From: Saprospiraceae bacterium
GTDB taxonomy: Bacteria > Bacteroidota > Bacteroidia > Chitinophagales > Saprospiraceae
Reading direction: 5' to 3'
DNA length: 64,000 nt
Assembly: GCA_049290115.1 (NCBI GenBank)
Contig: JBATMZ010000238.1
Location: 7,347-71,346 of the forward strand
A program made the position numbers and the translations under genes. Below are positions 8,270 through 19,803 of the stretch, piece after piece; position 1 is the first letter of the stretch, and every line of letters starts with the position of its first letter. The notes below the pieces were generated by a model, which searched no databases, was not told where the DNA came from, and worked only from the letters and a program-made list of their open reading frames with translations.

Positions 8270-10540
8270 ATGGCATTTGATATAGATATGATAGAATCCA
8301 TGTATAAGGGGTTTCAAACAAAAGTAGAAACAGCAAGAAAAGTTTTAGGTAGGCCACTTACATTATCTGAGAAAATATTGTACACCCATTTACATCCCGA
8401 TAGCCCCATCAAAGATTTTGCTAGAGGTAAGGACTATGTATTTTTTTCGCCAGATAGAGTTGCCATGCAAGACGCTACAGCACAGATGGCTTTATTGCAA
8501 TTTATGACAGCAGGAAGGTCAAAGGTAGCGGTTCCTTCAACGGTTCACTGTGACCATCTTATTCAAGCAAAAATCAGTGCAGTAGCAGATTTGAAAGGCG
8601 CTTTGGACATTAATTCTGAAGTGTTTGATTTTCTTCAATCCATTTCGAATAAATATGGCATTGGTTTTTGGAAACCAGGTGCGGGTATTATCCATCAGGT
8701 AGTGTTAGAAAACTATGCTTTTCCAGGTGGAATGATGATTGGAACGGATTCACATACAGTAAATGCCGGCGGCCTAGGAATGGTGGCGATTGGTGTAGGT
8801 GGTGCTGATGCGGTAGATGTAATGGCGGGAATGGCTTGGGAATTAAAAATGCCTAAACTCATTGGCGTTAAGCTAACGGGCAAACTTTCTGGTTGGACTT
8901 CCCCAAAAGATGTCATACTAAAAGTGGCTGGTATTCTTACCGTTAAAGGGGGAACTGGTTGTATTGTAGAATATTTTGGTGAAGGAGCGGAAGCCATGTC
9001 TTGTACTGGTAAAGGTACCATTTGTAATATGGGTGCAGAAATTGGTGCGACTACTTCTACCTTTGGATATGATGCTTCTATGTCTAGGTATTTAAAATCT
9101 ACGGGTAGAGAAGATGTGGCGCATTTGGCTGATGGTATTGCGCAACATTTGACGGCCGACAAAGAATGTTACGACCAGCCTGAAAAATATTTTGACCAAG
9201 TTATTCACATCAATTTATCTGAATTAGAACCACATATCAATGGTCCATTTACCCCAGATTTGGCGACACCCGTTTCACAAATGAAAGAAGTGTTGAAAGG
9301 AAAGGACTGGCCAGTGGAAGTAAAAGTTGGATTGATTGGTTCGTGTACCAACTCTTCCTATGAAGATATTTCGAGAGCGGCTTCTCTGGCTAAACAAGCC
9401 TTGGACAAAAAAATAAAATTGATTTCCGAATTTACGATAACGCCAGGATCTGAGCAAGTAAGATACACCATTGAAAGAGATGGATTTATTGATATATTCG
9501 AACAAATAGGTGCTTCCGTTTTTGCCAATGCTTGTGGTCCTTGTATTGGACAGTGGGATCGTGCAGGAGCTGATAAAAAAGAAAAAAACACGATTATTCA
9601 TTCCTTCAACCGAAACTTTTCTAAAAGAGCTGATGGTAATCCAAATACACACGCATTTGTAGCTTCACCAGAAATCGTAACTGCTATCGCCATGGCAGGA
9701 AGGTTAGATTTTAATCCTTTGACGGATAAATTGGTGAATCAAGATGGAGAGGAAGTAATGCTCGACGAACCAACAGGAATTGAATTACCGACCAAAGGTT
9801 TTGCAGTGGAAGATGCAGGTTTTATTGCACCAGCTGCCGATGGAAGTGGGGTAGAAGTGAAAGTTCACCCTCAGTCGGACAGACTACAATTACTTGAGCC
9901 CTTCAAACCCATCAAAGCAGAACAATTGAAAGGTATGCGCTTGTTAATCAAAGCAAAGGGTAAATGTACAACGGATCATATTTCAATGGCAGGGCCTTGG
10001 TTGACCTATAGAGGACATTTGGCCAATATTGCAAATAATACCTTGATTGGTGCAGTAAATTCTTTTAATGATGAGACCAATAAAGTTTTAAATTTTGTAG
10101 ATAATAACTATCATCCTGTACCAGATTCGGCCAGACTTTATCAAAAAAATGGAATCGGTTCCATCGTTTTTGGAGAAGAAAATTATGGTGAAGGTTCGTC
10201 GAGAGAACATGCAGCTATGCAGCCTCGATTTTTAGGTGTGAAAGCTGTTGTCGTTAAGTCTTTTGCCAGAATCCATGAAACCAATTTGAAGAAACAAGGT
10301 ATGTTGGCCTTGACTTTTGCTGATCCTTCAGATTATGACCTAATTCGTCAGGACGATACGATTTCCATAGTTGATTTTGACCAAATGAAGCCGAACACAC
10401 CTTTGACCATTGAACTAATTCACGCTGATGGGACGAAGTCTTCTATTAAAGTAAATCATACGTATAATCAAGCCCAGATAGACTGGATTTCTTGGGGAAG
10501 TGCTTTGAATCAAATACGTGCGGAGCTAAACCAAGGTTAA
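8270..10540 (+). CDS. acnA: aconitate hydratase (mitochondrial-type, ~755 aa)
   Basis: Fe-S ligand and active-site motifs [25 protein letters not shown], and the swivel-domain motif [15 protein letters not shown]. Confidence 0.95.
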   Translation: MAFDIDMIESMYKGFQTKVETARKVLGRPLTLSEKILYTHLHPDSPIKDFARGKDYVFFSPDRVAMQDATAQMALLQFMTAGRSKVAVPSTVHCDHLIQAKISAVADLKGALDINSEVFDFLQSISNKYGIGFWKPGAGIIHQVVLENYAFPGGMMIGTDSHTVNAGGLGMVAIGVGGADAVDVMAGMAWELKMPKLIGVKLTGKLSGWTSPKDVILKVAGILTVKGGTGCIVEYFGEGAEAMSCTGKGTICNMGAEIGATTSTFGYDASMSRYLKSTGREDVAHLADGIAQHLTADKECYDQPEKYFDQVIHINLSELEPHINGPFTPDLATPVSQMKEVLKGKDWPVEVKVGLIGSCTNSSYEDISRAASLAKQALDKKIKLISEFTITPGSEQVRYTIERDGFIDIFEQIGASVFANACGPCIGQWDRAGADKKEKNTIIHSFNRNFSKRADGNPNTHAFVASPEIVTAIAMAGRLDFNPLTDKLVNQDGEEVMLDEPTGIELPTKGFAVEDAGFIAPAADGSGVEVKVHPQSDRLQLLEPFKPIKAEQLKGMRLLIKAKGKCTTDHISMAGPWLTYRGHLANIANNTLIGAVNSFNDETNKVLNFVDNNYHPVPDSARLYQKNGIGSIVFGEENYGEGSSREHAAMQPRFLGVKAVVVKSFARIHETNLKKQGMLALTFADPSDYDLIRQDDTISIVDFDQMKPNTPLTIELIHADGTKSSIKVNHTYNQAQIDWISWGSALNQIRAELNQG

Positions 10541-10636
10541 TTTTTCTAATTAAGGAAATGATTTTTATGATATAATGTGTTTTTAAATTAGTAAATTCGT
10601 ATTTATATTATTCTATAATTGTTAAAAACAAAACGA

Positions 10637-11047
10637 ATGTTAAAAGAATTTAAAGATTTTGCGATGAAGGGCAACCTTATCGACATTGCCATTGGATTAG
10701 TTATGGCTACCGCATTTGGCGCAGTAACCAGTGCATTTGTAGATGGCGTTGTAATGCCTTTGGTGTCCCAAATATTCCAAGTTGGCGATATGAGTGGACT
10801 TAAAATTGTATTGGCATCCGCCGAAATGGATGCTAGTGGAGCCGTTGTCAAACCAGAATCTGCCATCATGTATGGCAGTTTGTTAAGTGCCTTCATTAAT
10901 TTTATTATTATTGCCTTTGTCATGTTTTATATCATCAAAGGAATTAATTCAATGAAGAAAAAAGAGGAAGAAGCTGCACCTGCACCTCCTGCCGGGCCGA
11001 CACAAGAAGAATTGTTAGCCCAGATTAGGGATCTTTTAAAAAAATAA
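10637..11047 (+). CDS. mscL: large-conductance mechanosensitive channel
   Basis: MLKEFKDFAMKGNLIDIAIGLVMATAFGAVTSAFVDGVVMPL is the canonical MscL N-terminus and TM1. Length is about 136 aa. ATG 10637 preferred over TTG 10619. Confidence 0.93.
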   Translation: MLKEFKDFAMKGNLIDIAIGLVMATAFGAVTSAFVDGVVMPLVSQIFQVGDMSGLKIVLASAEMDASGAVVKPESAIMYGSLLSAFINFIIIAFVMFYIIKGINSMKKKEEEAAPAPPAGPTQEELLAQIRDLLKK

Positions 11048-11051
11048 GATA

Positions 11052-11076
11052 AAGGAGGCGAAAGTCTCCTTTTTTA
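11052..11076 (+). terminator. intrinsic terminator after mscL
   Basis: AGGAGGC-GAAA-GTCTCCT (7-bp stem including one G-U pair, GAAA tetraloop) followed by TTTTT, 5 nt after the mscL stop. Confidence 0.75.
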
Positions 11077-11103
11077 ATACCCACATTTCATAAATTATTT
11101 TCA

Positions 11104-12063
11104 TTGATTGGTATAGATGTACAAAAAGCTGCTGAACTATTAAAGTCTGGAAAAGTAGTGGCTATTCCTACAGAGACTGTTTATGGTTTAGCCGCCAATG
11201 CTTTGGATGACAACGCTGTTTTGACCATTTTTGAAGTTAAAAACAGGCCTTTTTTTGATCCTTTGATTATACATGTTTCTGACTACGAAGAAATAGTCAA
11301 ATATGTTAAAAACGTTCCAAAGTTTTTGGACAAATTGGCACAACATTTTTTACCTGGTCCCTTGACCTTACTCCTTGAAAAAAAAGAGTTTGTACCTTAT
11401 CTCATTACTTCGGGCTCACCCTATGTAGCTATTAGAGTTCCAGGGCATCCAATGACGCAAGAACTCCTAAAATTATTAAATTTTCCATTAGCAGCACCTA
11501 GTGCCAATCCGTTTGGATATTTGAGTCCAACAACCGCCAAACACGTGTATGACCAATTGGGAGATAAAATTCCTTATATTTTAGATGGTGGACCTTGTGA
11601 AGTAGGACTAGAAAGTACAATTGTCGGTTTTGAGAACAATCGCCCTACTATTTTCCGAAAGGGTGGGATTGCTATTGAAGAATTAGAAGAAGTCATCGGA
11701 TATTCGTTTGATGTCAAACCTCATTCAACCTCATCGCCTCAGGCTCCAGGTATGTTGACCACACATTATGCGCCAAAGGTTGCATTGACCATTGTTCAGG
11801 ATGAAGATGATTGGAAAAAAATATCTCCAAAAAATAATGTAGGAGTGTTGAGAGTTTCATCCTATCTGCCTAATTACCCCAAAGAAAATCAAAAGATTTT
11901 GTCAGCATCAGGGGATGTTAGAGAAGCGGCCAGAAATTTATTTGCCTATTTAAGAATTTTAGACGATATGAATTTAGAGCAAATATTTGTTGAGTTACTA
12001 CCGGAAAAAGGGCTTGGCATGGCTATCAACGATCGACTTATTCGAGCAGCCATTAAAGAATAA
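11104..12063 (+). CDS. tsaC: L-threonylcarbamoyladenylate synthase (Sua5/YwlC long form)
   Basis: YrdC-domain motif VVAIPTETVYGLAANA and SANPFG, plus a C-terminal Sua5 domain (319 aa in total). TTG start. Confidence 0.88.
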   Translation: MIGIDVQKAAELLKSGKVVAIPTETVYGLAANALDDNAVLTIFEVKNRPFFDPLIIHVSDYEEIVKYVKNVPKFLDKLAQHFLPGPLTLLLEKKEFVPYLITSGSPYVAIRVPGHPMTQELLKLLNFPLAAPSANPFGYLSPTTAKHVYDQLGDKIPYILDGGPCEVGLESTIVGFENNRPTIFRKGGIAIEELEEVIGYSFDVKPHSTSSPQAPGMLTTHYAPKVALTIVQDEDDWKKISPKNNVGVLRVSSYLPNYPKENQKILSASGDVREAARNLFAYLRILDDMNLEQIFVELLPEKGLGMAINDRLIRAAIKE

Positions 12064-12108
12064 AATGAAATGCATGTTTAAAATGTTTGAACGTAATTCT
12101 TAAATGAT

Positions 12109-12116
12109 TAATTTTG
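12109..12116 (+). promoter_or_regulatory. Bacteroidota -7 box TAATTTTG (uvrA)
   Basis: Exact TAnnTTTG match 58 nt upstream of ATG 12175. Confidence 0.35.
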
Positions 12117-12174
12117 AATCATTATACTTATTATATTGTTTATGATTTATTAATCAGCAGCCTATAGCGAAAGA

Positions 12175-15021
12175 ATGAAGTTGGAGAACCGTGATGTACA
12201 AGTCGAAGAGGAAGAATGGATTGAAATAACGGGTGCAAAGGAACATAATTTGCAAAACCTAAATGTTAGGGTACCGAGAAATAAAATGGTCGTCATTACA
12301 GGACTTAGTGGAAGTGGAAAATCATCATTGGCTTTTGATACAATTTATGCAGAAGGACAGCGTCGATATATGGAGACGTTTTCTTCTTATGCACGTCAGT
12401 TCATGGGTTCTATGGATCGACCTGATGTAGAAAAAATTGAAGGGTTAAGCCCCGTTATTTCCATAGAACAAAAAACAACTGCTTGGAACCCTAGATCCAC
12501 CGTTGGGACTACAACAGAAATTTACGATTTTCTACGATTATTATATGCCAGAGCAGGAGACGCTTATTCTTACGTCACGGGTGAAAAAATGGTAAAATAT
12601 ACGGAAGAACAAATCATCGAACATGTATCCGACTATTTTTTACATCAAAAAATTGCTATTCTATCACCCGTTGTCAGAGCCAGGAAAGGACATTATCGCG
12701 AATTATTCGAACAAACGAGAAAAAAGGGTTTTACAAAAGTTAGAGTAAATGGGGATATGCTTGACATTACACCAGGCATGCATCTCGATAGGTATAAAAC
12801 CCACGATATAGAAATAGTGATTGACCGCTTGACGGTGGAAGAAGATAAAAGAGATCGCCTAGTGTCAGCCATTCAGTTGGCCTTCAAAATGGGAAATGAT
12901 TTTGTGATGATTTCTAATTTGGAAACATTAGAGATAAAAGCATTTTCAAAGTCATTGATGGATCCAATTTCTGGTATTTCTTATGAAGAGCCTTCACCCA
13001 ATAATTTTTCTTTCAATTCACCATATGGAGCCTGTCCTGACTGCAATGGCATTGGCGACAAATTTCAGGCTGATATGGATAAAATTATACCCGATTGGTC
13101 GAAGAGTATCCAAGAAGAAGCCATAAAACCTTTCGGGAATGTGCGGGATACCATCATGTTTAAACAAATAAAAACCCTAGGAAAAAAATACGACTTTGAT
13201 TTTAATACACCAGTTCAAGATATCCCTAAAGTAGCCTTAGACTTGATGTTGTATGGCGAAAACCCTGGTAATCGGCCTAAAAATAACGGAAACTATGACT
13301 ACTATACCAACCTTACGGAAGAAGGTATTTGTTCGATGCTCGAACGATGGTATAACGACTCTACTTCAGAAAAAATACGGGTGTGGGCGGAAAATTTTCT
13401 TAGCATCATTACATGCCCAACTTGTAATGGATTTCGTTTGAAAACGGAAAGTTTGCATTTCATGTTGGGCGAAAAACATATAGGTCATTTGGCTACGATG
13501 AATATGGATGAACTCTATAAATGGGTAAACGGACTTTCGTCAAAATTGGATGAAAAACAACAGAGAATATCAGGAGAGATCATCAAAGAAATTTCGATGA
13601 GGATTGGTTTTTTACTTGGAGTTGGCCTCAATTATTTAGATTTAAATCGACCAACGAGGACCCTTTCTGGTGGAGAATCACAAAGGATTCGACTAGCATC
13701 TCAGATTGGGAGTCAATTAACAGGGATAACGTACATCATGGACGAACCAAGTATTGGCCTACATCAAAGAGACAACCAAAGGCTGATCAATGCATTACAC
13801 GAACTGACAAAAATAGGTAATTCGGTACTTGTGGTAGAACACGACAAAGATATAATGTTGGCTTCCGACTACATTATAGACCTTGGGCCCGGTGCTGGAA
13901 AACAAGGGGGTTACATAGTAAGCGAGGGTAGTCCTGAGGCTTTTTTGAAGCAAGATAGTACTACTGCCAAGTATTTAAGTCGAAAACTATGTATAGAAAT
14001 TCCCAAAAAAAGAAGAAAAGGTAATGGCCATACTTTGGAATTATTTGGTGCCAATGGACATAACTTAAAACAAGTAGATATTTCAGTTCCTCTAGGCACT
14101 TTAATCTGTATTACTGGTGTCTCTGGTAGTGGAAAATCAACTTTAATAAATGAAACATTGTATCCGATCTTGCGACAACATTTCTATGATTCCATTAAAA
14201 AACCACTTGAATATAAGGAGGTGAAAGGTATGGAACATGTGGACAAAGTGATAGAAATTGATCAGGCGCCAATTGGGAGAACACCTAGATCAAATCCAGC
14301 AACCTACATTGGTGTTTTTACAGATATTCGAAAATTATTTTCTGATATACCCGAGTCTAAAATTAGGGGTTATCAACCAGGACGATTTTCCTTTAATGTC
14401 AAGGGAGGACGTTGTGATGTTTGTGAGGGAGGAGGACAGAAATTGATTGAAATGAATTTTTTACCCAACGTCCTAGTTGATTGTGAAAAGTGTATGGGAA
14501 AAAGATATAATAGAGAAACATTAGAAATTATATACAAGGGAAAAAGTATCTCTGATGTTTTAGAAATGACGGTAGAAGAAGCCGTTGGTTTTTTTGAACA
14601 CGTTCCATCCATTTACCGAAAACTTAAAACATTATTTAGCGTAGGTTTAGGATATATAACTTTAGGCCAGCAAGCAACCACCTTGTCTGGGGGGGAAGCC
14701 CAAAGAGTCAAATTGTCGGAAGAATTATCCAAAAAAGATACGGGGAATACTTTGTATATTCTCGATGAGCCTACGACAGGATTACATTTTGATGATATTC
14801 GTTTATTGCTTGATGTATTGAATAAGTTAGTCAACAAAGGAAATACTGTTGTCATCATTGAGCATAATTTGGATGTTGTAAAAGTTTCGGACCACATTAT
14901 TGATTTAGGTCCAGAAGGAGGTAGTGGTGGTGGCAAAATAGTAGCAACAGGAACCCCCGAGGAGGTTTGTGAAGTTAAGGAAAGTATTACTGGGAAATAT
15001 TTAGCTATGGAAATGGAATAA
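12175..15021 (+). CDS. uvrA: excinuclease ABC subunit A (canonical paralog)
   Basis: GLSGSGKSSLAFDTIYAEGQRRYMETFSSYARQF, GLSPVISIEQK, two LSGGE signatures, Zn modules CPDCNGIG / CPTCNGFR / CDVCEGGG...CEKCMGKR. 948 aa. Confidence 0.97.
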   Translation: MKLENRDVQVEEEEWIEITGAKEHNLQNLNVRVPRNKMVVITGLSGSGKSSLAFDTIYAEGQRRYMETFSSYARQFMGSMDRPDVEKIEGLSPVISIEQKTTAWNPRSTVGTTTEIYDFLRLLYARAGDAYSYVTGEKMVKYTEEQIIEHVSDYFLHQKIAILSPVVRARKGHYRELFEQTRKKGFTKVRVNGDMLDITPGMHLDRYKTHDIEIVIDRLTVEEDKRDRLVSAIQLAFKMGNDFVMISNLETLEIKAFSKSLMDPISGISYEEPSPNNFSFNSPYGACPDCNGIGDKFQADMDKIIPDWSKSIQEEAIKPFGNVRDTIMFKQIKTLGKKYDFDFNTPVQDIPKVALDLMLYGENPGNRPKNNGNYDYYTNLTEEGICSMLERWYNDSTSEKIRVWAENFLSIITCPTCNGFRLKTESLHFMLGEKHIGHLATMNMDELYKWVNGLSSKLDEKQQRISGEIIKEISMRIGFLLGVGLNYLDLNRPTRTLSGGESQRIRLASQIGSQLTGITYIMDEPSIGLHQRDNQRLINALHELTKIGNSVLVVEHDKDIMLASDYIIDLGPGAGKQGGYIVSEGSPEAFLKQDSTTAKYLSRKLCIEIPKKRRKGNGHTLELFGANGHNLKQVDISVPLGTLICITGVSGSGKSTLINETLYPILRQHFYDSIKKPLEYKEVKGMEHVDKVIEIDQAPIGRTPRSNPATYIGVFTDIRKLFSDIPESKIRGYQPGRFSFNVKGGRCDVCEGGGQKLIEMNFLPNVLVDCEKCMGKRYNRETLEIIYKGKSISDVLEMTVEEAVGFFEHVPSIYRKLKTLFSVGLGYITLGQQATTLSGGEAQRVKLSEELSKKDTGNTLYILDEPTTGLHFDDIRLLLDVLNKLVNKGNTVVIIEHNLDVVKVSDHIIDLGPEGGSGGGKIVATGTPEEVCEVKESITGKYLAMEME

Positions 15022-15080
15022 AAAAATATTTTTATTGTGAAAATACCTAGATGAGAAGATTTATAATTAAAAGATTATAG

Positions 15081-15088
15081 TACATTTG
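15081..15088 (+). promoter_or_regulatory. Bacteroidota -7 box TACATTTG (esterase)
   Basis: Exact TAnnTTTG match 10 nt upstream of ATG 15099. Confidence 0.45.
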
Positions 15089-15098
15089 TGATGTCAGT

Positions 15099-15887
15099 AT
15101 GGAGACAATAACCAAAGCATATCAACCAATCATTGAGATTCTTGAGGAAGAATATGAAATTCCTCAATTGAATAGAACGCGCAGAATTGCTGTTTTATTG
15201 CCACATGATTATTATCAAAGTGGCAAACAATATCCAGTATTATATTTACACGACGGTCAAAATCTGTTTGATGATTATGCTCCTTATGGAAATTGGGGGA
15301 TAGACAAATCATTAGCTAGTTTATCAAAACAAGGTAAAGGTGATGTTATCATTGTCGCTATTGATCATGGAGGTGTTTTACGAATTAAGGAGTTGTTGCC
15401 TTACCCCACATCCAAATTTACGGAAGTAGAAGGTCAGTTATACCTTAAGTTTATGATGGAGACCCTGAAACCCAGAATTGACAAAGAGTACCGTGTTTTG
15501 GCCGATAGAAATAATACAGGGATTGGAGGAAGTTCCCTAGGAGGCTTTATTAGTTTGTATGCTGGTTTTAATTACAGACACATTTTTGGAAAATTATTAA
15601 TTTTTTCACCTTCACTCTGGATATCGGAAGAGATTTATAGTTTAGCTAAAAAATATGTTCCCTTTGGCCCCACTGATTTGTATCTGTATGCTGGTGGCAT
15701 GGAAAGTTCTAATCACTATGGTAATGTTTTGAGATTAGAAAATATCCTGCAAGAAAAAAGAAAATATGATGATTTTGATATTCATTTCGCACACAACCCT
15801 AATGGTCAACATGGCGAAATATATTGGGGCCAACAATTTCCCGTTGCACTTCGTTGGTTGTTCAAGAACACTAGCCCAAAAAATTAA
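15099..15887 (+). CDS. alpha/beta hydrolase, putative esterase family
   Basis: YPVLYLHDGQNLFD and nucleophile elbow GGSSLGG, typical of the putative-esterase (PF00756-like) family. 262 aa. Confidence 0.7.
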   Translation: METITKAYQPIIEILEEEYEIPQLNRTRRIAVLLPHDYYQSGKQYPVLYLHDGQNLFDDYAPYGNWGIDKSLASLSKQGKGDVIIVAIDHGGVLRIKELLPYPTSKFTEVEGQLYLKFMMETLKPRIDKEYRVLADRNNTGIGGSSLGGFISLYAGFNYRHIFGKLLIFSPSLWISEEIYSLAKKYVPFGPTDLYLYAGGMESSNHYGNVLRLENILQEKRKYDDFDIHFAHNPNGQHGEIYWGQQFPVALRWLFKNTSPKN

Positions 15888-15993
15888 TTTATATTGAATA
15901 CTTTTAGAAAACCATGAATTATTTATTGTAGACTTTGATTCGTCATGTCTTCATTCTATTGTTTAAACCTTATATTATATTGACAGTTAACAT

Positions 15994-17433
15994 ATGAAAA
16001 TATCATTCCAACAATCAAATCCGTTACAAGTAAATACCTTTATTATTTTCTTCGAAGAAGGTATTGTAGAGCAAGATTTTATTCAAAAATTTACTGGACT
16101 AAACAGGAATATACCTTTTGAAGGAAAGGCTAAAGAATGTTTTCGAATGTTACATCCTAAAGAACCATATGAAGTTATTTTAGTTGGTTTGGGAAAATCG
16201 GGATCAGTTGACACAATATGGAAAGAAGTGAGGAGCGCTATTTTCAGATATAAAGTATTTTTAAATGGCACAGTATGTTTGGTAGGGGAACATTTGTCAG
16301 ACAGGCATATTTTTCAAATCGTATTGGGAATATCATTGGCCAATAAAACAAATGTGAGCTATAAGGTTGCAAATGGAAGTGACTCAAAATTAGATATAAA
16401 TTATGTCGTTCAAGTTTCTGGTCCATCCGCAATATCTGAAGGCGAAAAAGCACTGACGATTGCAACAACACAGGAAAAAGTCATGCGTTGGATTGATACC
16501 CCGAGTAACATTAAAACCCCTGCATTTATAGCTACCGAAGCTGTCAAATCAGCTAAAGAATTTGGGTATTCTTGTACGGTTTTCGATAAAGATAGATTAG
16601 AAAAAGAAGGATTGTTTGCTCTACTAGCTGTCGGACAAGGCAGTATAAACCCTGCGACTATGCTAGTACTTGAACACAATCCATCCAATAAAACGGGAAA
16701 AAAAGTTGGATTAGTGGGCAAGGGGATTACGTTTGATACAGGAGGCTTATCCATCAAACCTTCAGCCAATATGGGCTATATGAAAAGCGATATGTCTGGG
16801 GCTGCTGCTATGATTGGATGCATCGAATTAGCGGCCAAAATGAAATATTCAGGTCATGTAGTTGCCGTCATACCTTTGGCAGAAAATAGTGTTGATGCCA
16901 ATAGTATTAGACCGGGAGACGTGATTTCTTCTTATTCTGGAAAATCAATTGAAGTGATAGACACCGATGCTGAAGGTAGATTAGTTTTGGCTGACGCTGT
17001 TTCTTTTATCATCAAAAACCACCAACCAGATATTTTGATTGATATGGCGACATTGACAGGAAATATAATTCAAAGTTTAGGATATTATGCATCCGGGTTG
17101 TTTTGTAATAATGACGAATTGAAAAAGGATTTATTAGAAGCTGGTGAGAAATCTGATGAAAAGCTGTGGCCAATGCCTTTGTGGAATGACTATAAACAAG
17201 ATATGATGACGGACATTGCGGACATTAAAAATCTGAGCAGTAAACCATTAGCTGGTGCTATCACAGCGGCCAAATTTGTGGAATTTTTTACTGAGGAGCA
17301 CCCTGCATGGGCGCATATAGACATAGCAGGTGTGGCTTTTACAGATTCAGAATTTTCTAAAATGCGAATGGCTACGGGCTATGGAGTTCATCTATTATGG
17401 CAATTTCTTGAAACACAGGCCAATAAAAAGTAG
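15994..17433 (+). CDS. pepA: leucyl aminopeptidase (M17)
   Basis: M17 metal-site motifs GKGITFDTGGLSIKP and DTDAEGRLVLADA, plus TLTG. Confidence 0.9.
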   Translation: MKISFQQSNPLQVNTFIIFFEEGIVEQDFIQKFTGLNRNIPFEGKAKECFRMLHPKEPYEVILVGLGKSGSVDTIWKEVRSAIFRYKVFLNGTVCLVGEHLSDRHIFQIVLGISLANKTNVSYKVANGSDSKLDINYVVQVSGPSAISEGEKALTIATTQEKVMRWIDTPSNIKTPAFIATEAVKSAKEFGYSCTVFDKDRLEKEGLFALLAVGQGSINPATMLVLEHNPSNKTGKKVGLVGKGITFDTGGLSIKPSANMGYMKSDMSGAAAMIGCIELAAKMKYSGHVVAVIPLAENSVDANSIRPGDVISSYSGKSIEVIDTDAEGRLVLADAVSFIIKNHQPDILIDMATLTGNIIQSLGYYASGLFCNNDELKKDLLEAGEKSDEKLWPMPLWNDYKQDMMTDIADIKNLSSKPLAGAITAAKFVEFFTEEHPAWAHIDIAGVAFTDSEFSKMRMATGYGVHLLWQFLETQANKK

Positions 17434-17484
17434 GAAAACTTGCTACACTAGTGCATAATTCTAACGGACTTTGCATTGAATATA

Positions 17485-18480
17485 TTAGCTTTCGTGTAGG
17501 GCTTGCCACAACTTATCTTTCAGTTGCACAAGTCCAAACTCTGTTTTAGAAGAGATAAACACATGGGGTATTCCTACTGTCAAGTCTTTTTCAATCCAAC
17601 TTTTGATTTCATCGTCAATTAAGTCGGACTTTGTGATCGCCAACATCATCGGCTTGTCTAACAATTCAGGGTTATACATTTTTAGTTCATAGTTCAAAAT
17701 GCCAAATTCTTTGTTGATATCTTCACTATCAGCTGGAATCATAAAAAGTAAAATAGAATTTCTTTCGATATGCCTTAAAAATCGCAATCCGAGTCCTCTT
17801 CCTTGGTGAGCTTCTTCAATAATACCCGGTATGTCGGCCATAATAAAAGAGCCTTCCTCTCGGTAACTTACGATTCCAAGATTTGGGATGAGTGTGGTAA
17901 ATGGGTAATTGGCAATTTCAGGTTTTGCAGCGGTAATGGCCGCCAAAAGTGATGATTTACCAACATTGGGAAAACCCACTAGGCCAACATCGGCCAGAAC
18001 TTTTAACTCTAAAATTTTCCATTCTTCCTGACCATTTTCTCCGGGTTGTGCGTATTCTGGTGTTTGTCGTGTTGATGTTTTGAAATGGTTATTTCCCTGT
18101 CCCCCTCTTCCTCCTGGTACTAAGATGACTTCTTCTCCATGTTCAGTAATTTCAAATTCTATCAAACCAGTTTCGGCATCACGTGCTACGGTTCCAAGAG
18201 GAACATCTAGAATAACGTCTTTACCATATGCACCGTTTTTCATATTGCCAGCACCATTCACCCCACTCGAAGCTTTGACGTGTTTTCGGTATTTTAAAGC
18301 AAGAAGCGTCCAAACATTAGAGTTGCCTCGAAGTATAATATGACCACCACGACCTCCATCTCCTCCATCAGGTCCACCAAATGCGTTGGTTTTGTCCCTG
18401 TGAAAATGTGATGCTCCAGCTCCGCCATCGCCGGATCGACAACAAATTTTCACATAATCAACAAAGTTTTGTTCTGCCAA
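17485..18480 (-). CDS. obg: GTPase Obg/CgtA
   Basis: Obg-fold glycine-rich N-terminus ([11 protein letters not shown]...[12 protein letters not shown]). G-domain motifs [22 protein letters not shown] start. Confidence 0.95.
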   Translation of the reverse strand: MAEQNFVDYVKICCRSGDGGAGASHFHRDKTNAFGGPDGGDGGRGGHIILRGNSNVWTLLALKYRKHVKASSGVNGAGNMKNGAYGKDVILDVPLGTVARDAETGLIEFEITEHGEEVILVPGGRGGQGNNHFKTSTRQTPEYAQPGENGQEEWKILELKVLADVGLVGFPNVGKSSLLAAITAAKPEIANYPFTTLIPNLGIVSYREEGSFIMADIPGIIEEAHQGRGLGLRFLRHIERNSILLFMIPADSEDINKEFGILNYELKMYNPELLDKPMMLAITKSDLIDDEIKSWIEKDLTVGIPHVFISSKTEFGLVQLKDKLWQALHES

Positions 18481-18542
18481 TGTAATTGGGTTTGATAAAG
18501 ATAAAATAAAACCTCCAGAATAGGAGTTTGGATAATTGTTTT

Positions 18543-19118
18543 TTATTGAGCTGCCGAAATGGTTTGTTTTATTCGATCAAAAATATCTTCTACATTTCCG
18601 ACACCTTCGATTTTTGCTGATTTATTGTTGGCCGCATAATAATCATATACTTGCGCAGTTTCTTCGTTGTACACACAGATGCGATTTCGAATGATTTCCT
18701 CATTATTGTCGTCCGAACGGCCTGAATTTTTTCCTCTGATTAACAATCGTTTGACCAATTCTTCTTCGGAAACATCCAAAGCAACAAGGCAACTAACTTC
18801 TGCATCTTTTTCAGCCAAAAAGGCATCCAATGCTTCTGCTTGAGCAATGGTTCTAGGAAAACCATCAAAAATAATACCCGGTACGTCAGGATTATCGTTG
18901 ACTTTATTTTTTAACATGCCTATAGTCACTTCATCGGGAACCAATTCCCCTTTAGCCATATATTCTTTAGCTTTCAAACCAAGCGGAGTATTGTTACCCA
19001 TTTCGTAGCGAAACAAATCTCCAGTTGAGATGTGTAATATGTTGTATTCTTTTACAAGTAATTCTGCCTGTGTCCCTTTTCCTGAACCTGGAGGTCCAAA
19101 TAAAATGATGTTAACCAT
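18543..19118 (-). CDS. adk: adenylate kinase
   Basis: [18 protein letters not shown]-loop and DGFPRT. Start trimmed from 19175 to ATG 19118 because a TACTTTTG -7 box (19142-19149, minus) lies inside the ORF-track extension. Confidence 0.95.
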   Translation of the reverse strand: MVNIILFGPPGSGKGTQAELLVKEYNILHISTGDLFRYEMGNNTPLGLKAKEYMAKGELVPDEVTIGMLKNKVNDNPDVPGIIFDGFPRTIAQAEALDAFLAEKDAEVSCLVALDVSEEELVKRLLIRGKNSGRSDDNNEEIIRNRICVYNEETAQVYDYYAANNKSAKIEGVGNVEDIFDRIKQTISAAQ

Positions 19119-19141
19119 CTTCTTTTTTTTAAATCCGGGTA

Positions 19142-19149
19142 CAAAAGTA
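19142..19149 (-). promoter_or_regulatory. Bacteroidota -7 box TACTTTTG (adk)
   Basis: Plus strand reads caaaagta. The box is 23 nt upstream of ATG 19118. Confidence 0.45.
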
Positions 19150-19188
19150 CGAATTAATCGGAGTATCCACTTCATAATGTGATGTTAA

Positions 19189-19803
19189 TTACTTGTTGGT
19201 GAGGATATCAACACCAAATAAATACCTTTTTTCCCAGTACTCGGAACCCAAAATATTATCTTTTTTAACCCCTGCCGAAGTGGTACTGTGAATCACTTCC
19301 AATTTTTCCCGACCTACATCTGAAACAATAGCTACATGAGATATTCGATCATTGCTGCCGAAAAAAACAAGGTCACCCGGTTGGAGTTTTTCCTTGGATT
19401 TTAAATTGCCTTTTTTTGCCAAGTCGTGAGAAGGACCCGATAATGGAAATCCGTTTTTTGTAAAAACATATCCAGTGAAACCGCTGCAGTCAAATCCTGT
19501 TGTTGGTGATTTTCCTCCTGACTTATACGGACTTCCGATATAGGTTTGTGCTGAAAAAATGATATTTTCTCTAGTAGTTGATGTCGATGACTTTGTAGAG
19601 GTTGCTGGTCGAGTTTCTTTTTTTGGAGAATTTTTGTACACGTAGGAACCTGACTTATTACCTCGCGAGGGGTCATTTTCGTTTTGACGTTTTGGCGATG
19701 AACTATACTTCGAGCCATATTGATTCGGCGAACAAGATGTAATGGCGAAAAAGGCTACAAAAGTTAAGCTGTAAAGTAAATGTCTCAATAATGCATTAAA
19801 CAT
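19189..19803 (-). CDS. NlpC/P60 (C40) family peptidoglycan peptidase lipoprotein
   Basis: Lipobox (FAITSC), S/T/P-rich linker, and catalytic region GFDCSGFTGYVF ... ISHVAIV. Confidence 0.85.
   Translation of the reverse strand: MFNALLRHLLYSLTFVAFFAITSCSPNQYGSKYSSSPKRQNENDPSRGNKSGSYVYKNSPKKETRPATSTKSSTSTTRENIIFSAQTYIGSPYKSGGKSPTTGFDCSGFTGYVFTKNGFPLSGPSHDLAKKGNLKSKEKLQPGDLVFFGSNDRISHVAIVSDVGREKLEVIHSTTSAGVKKDNILGSEYWEKRYLFGVDILTNK

Noticed and set aside
8713-9162. Long antisense ORFs inside well-supported genes (also 16410..16769, 14613..14936, 41182..41670, 62764..63162, 63210..63638, 33667..33999 and others)
   Set aside because: Each lies wholly within, and antisense or out of frame to, a gene with strong family motifs. 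Their translations are low-complexity with no recognisable domains.
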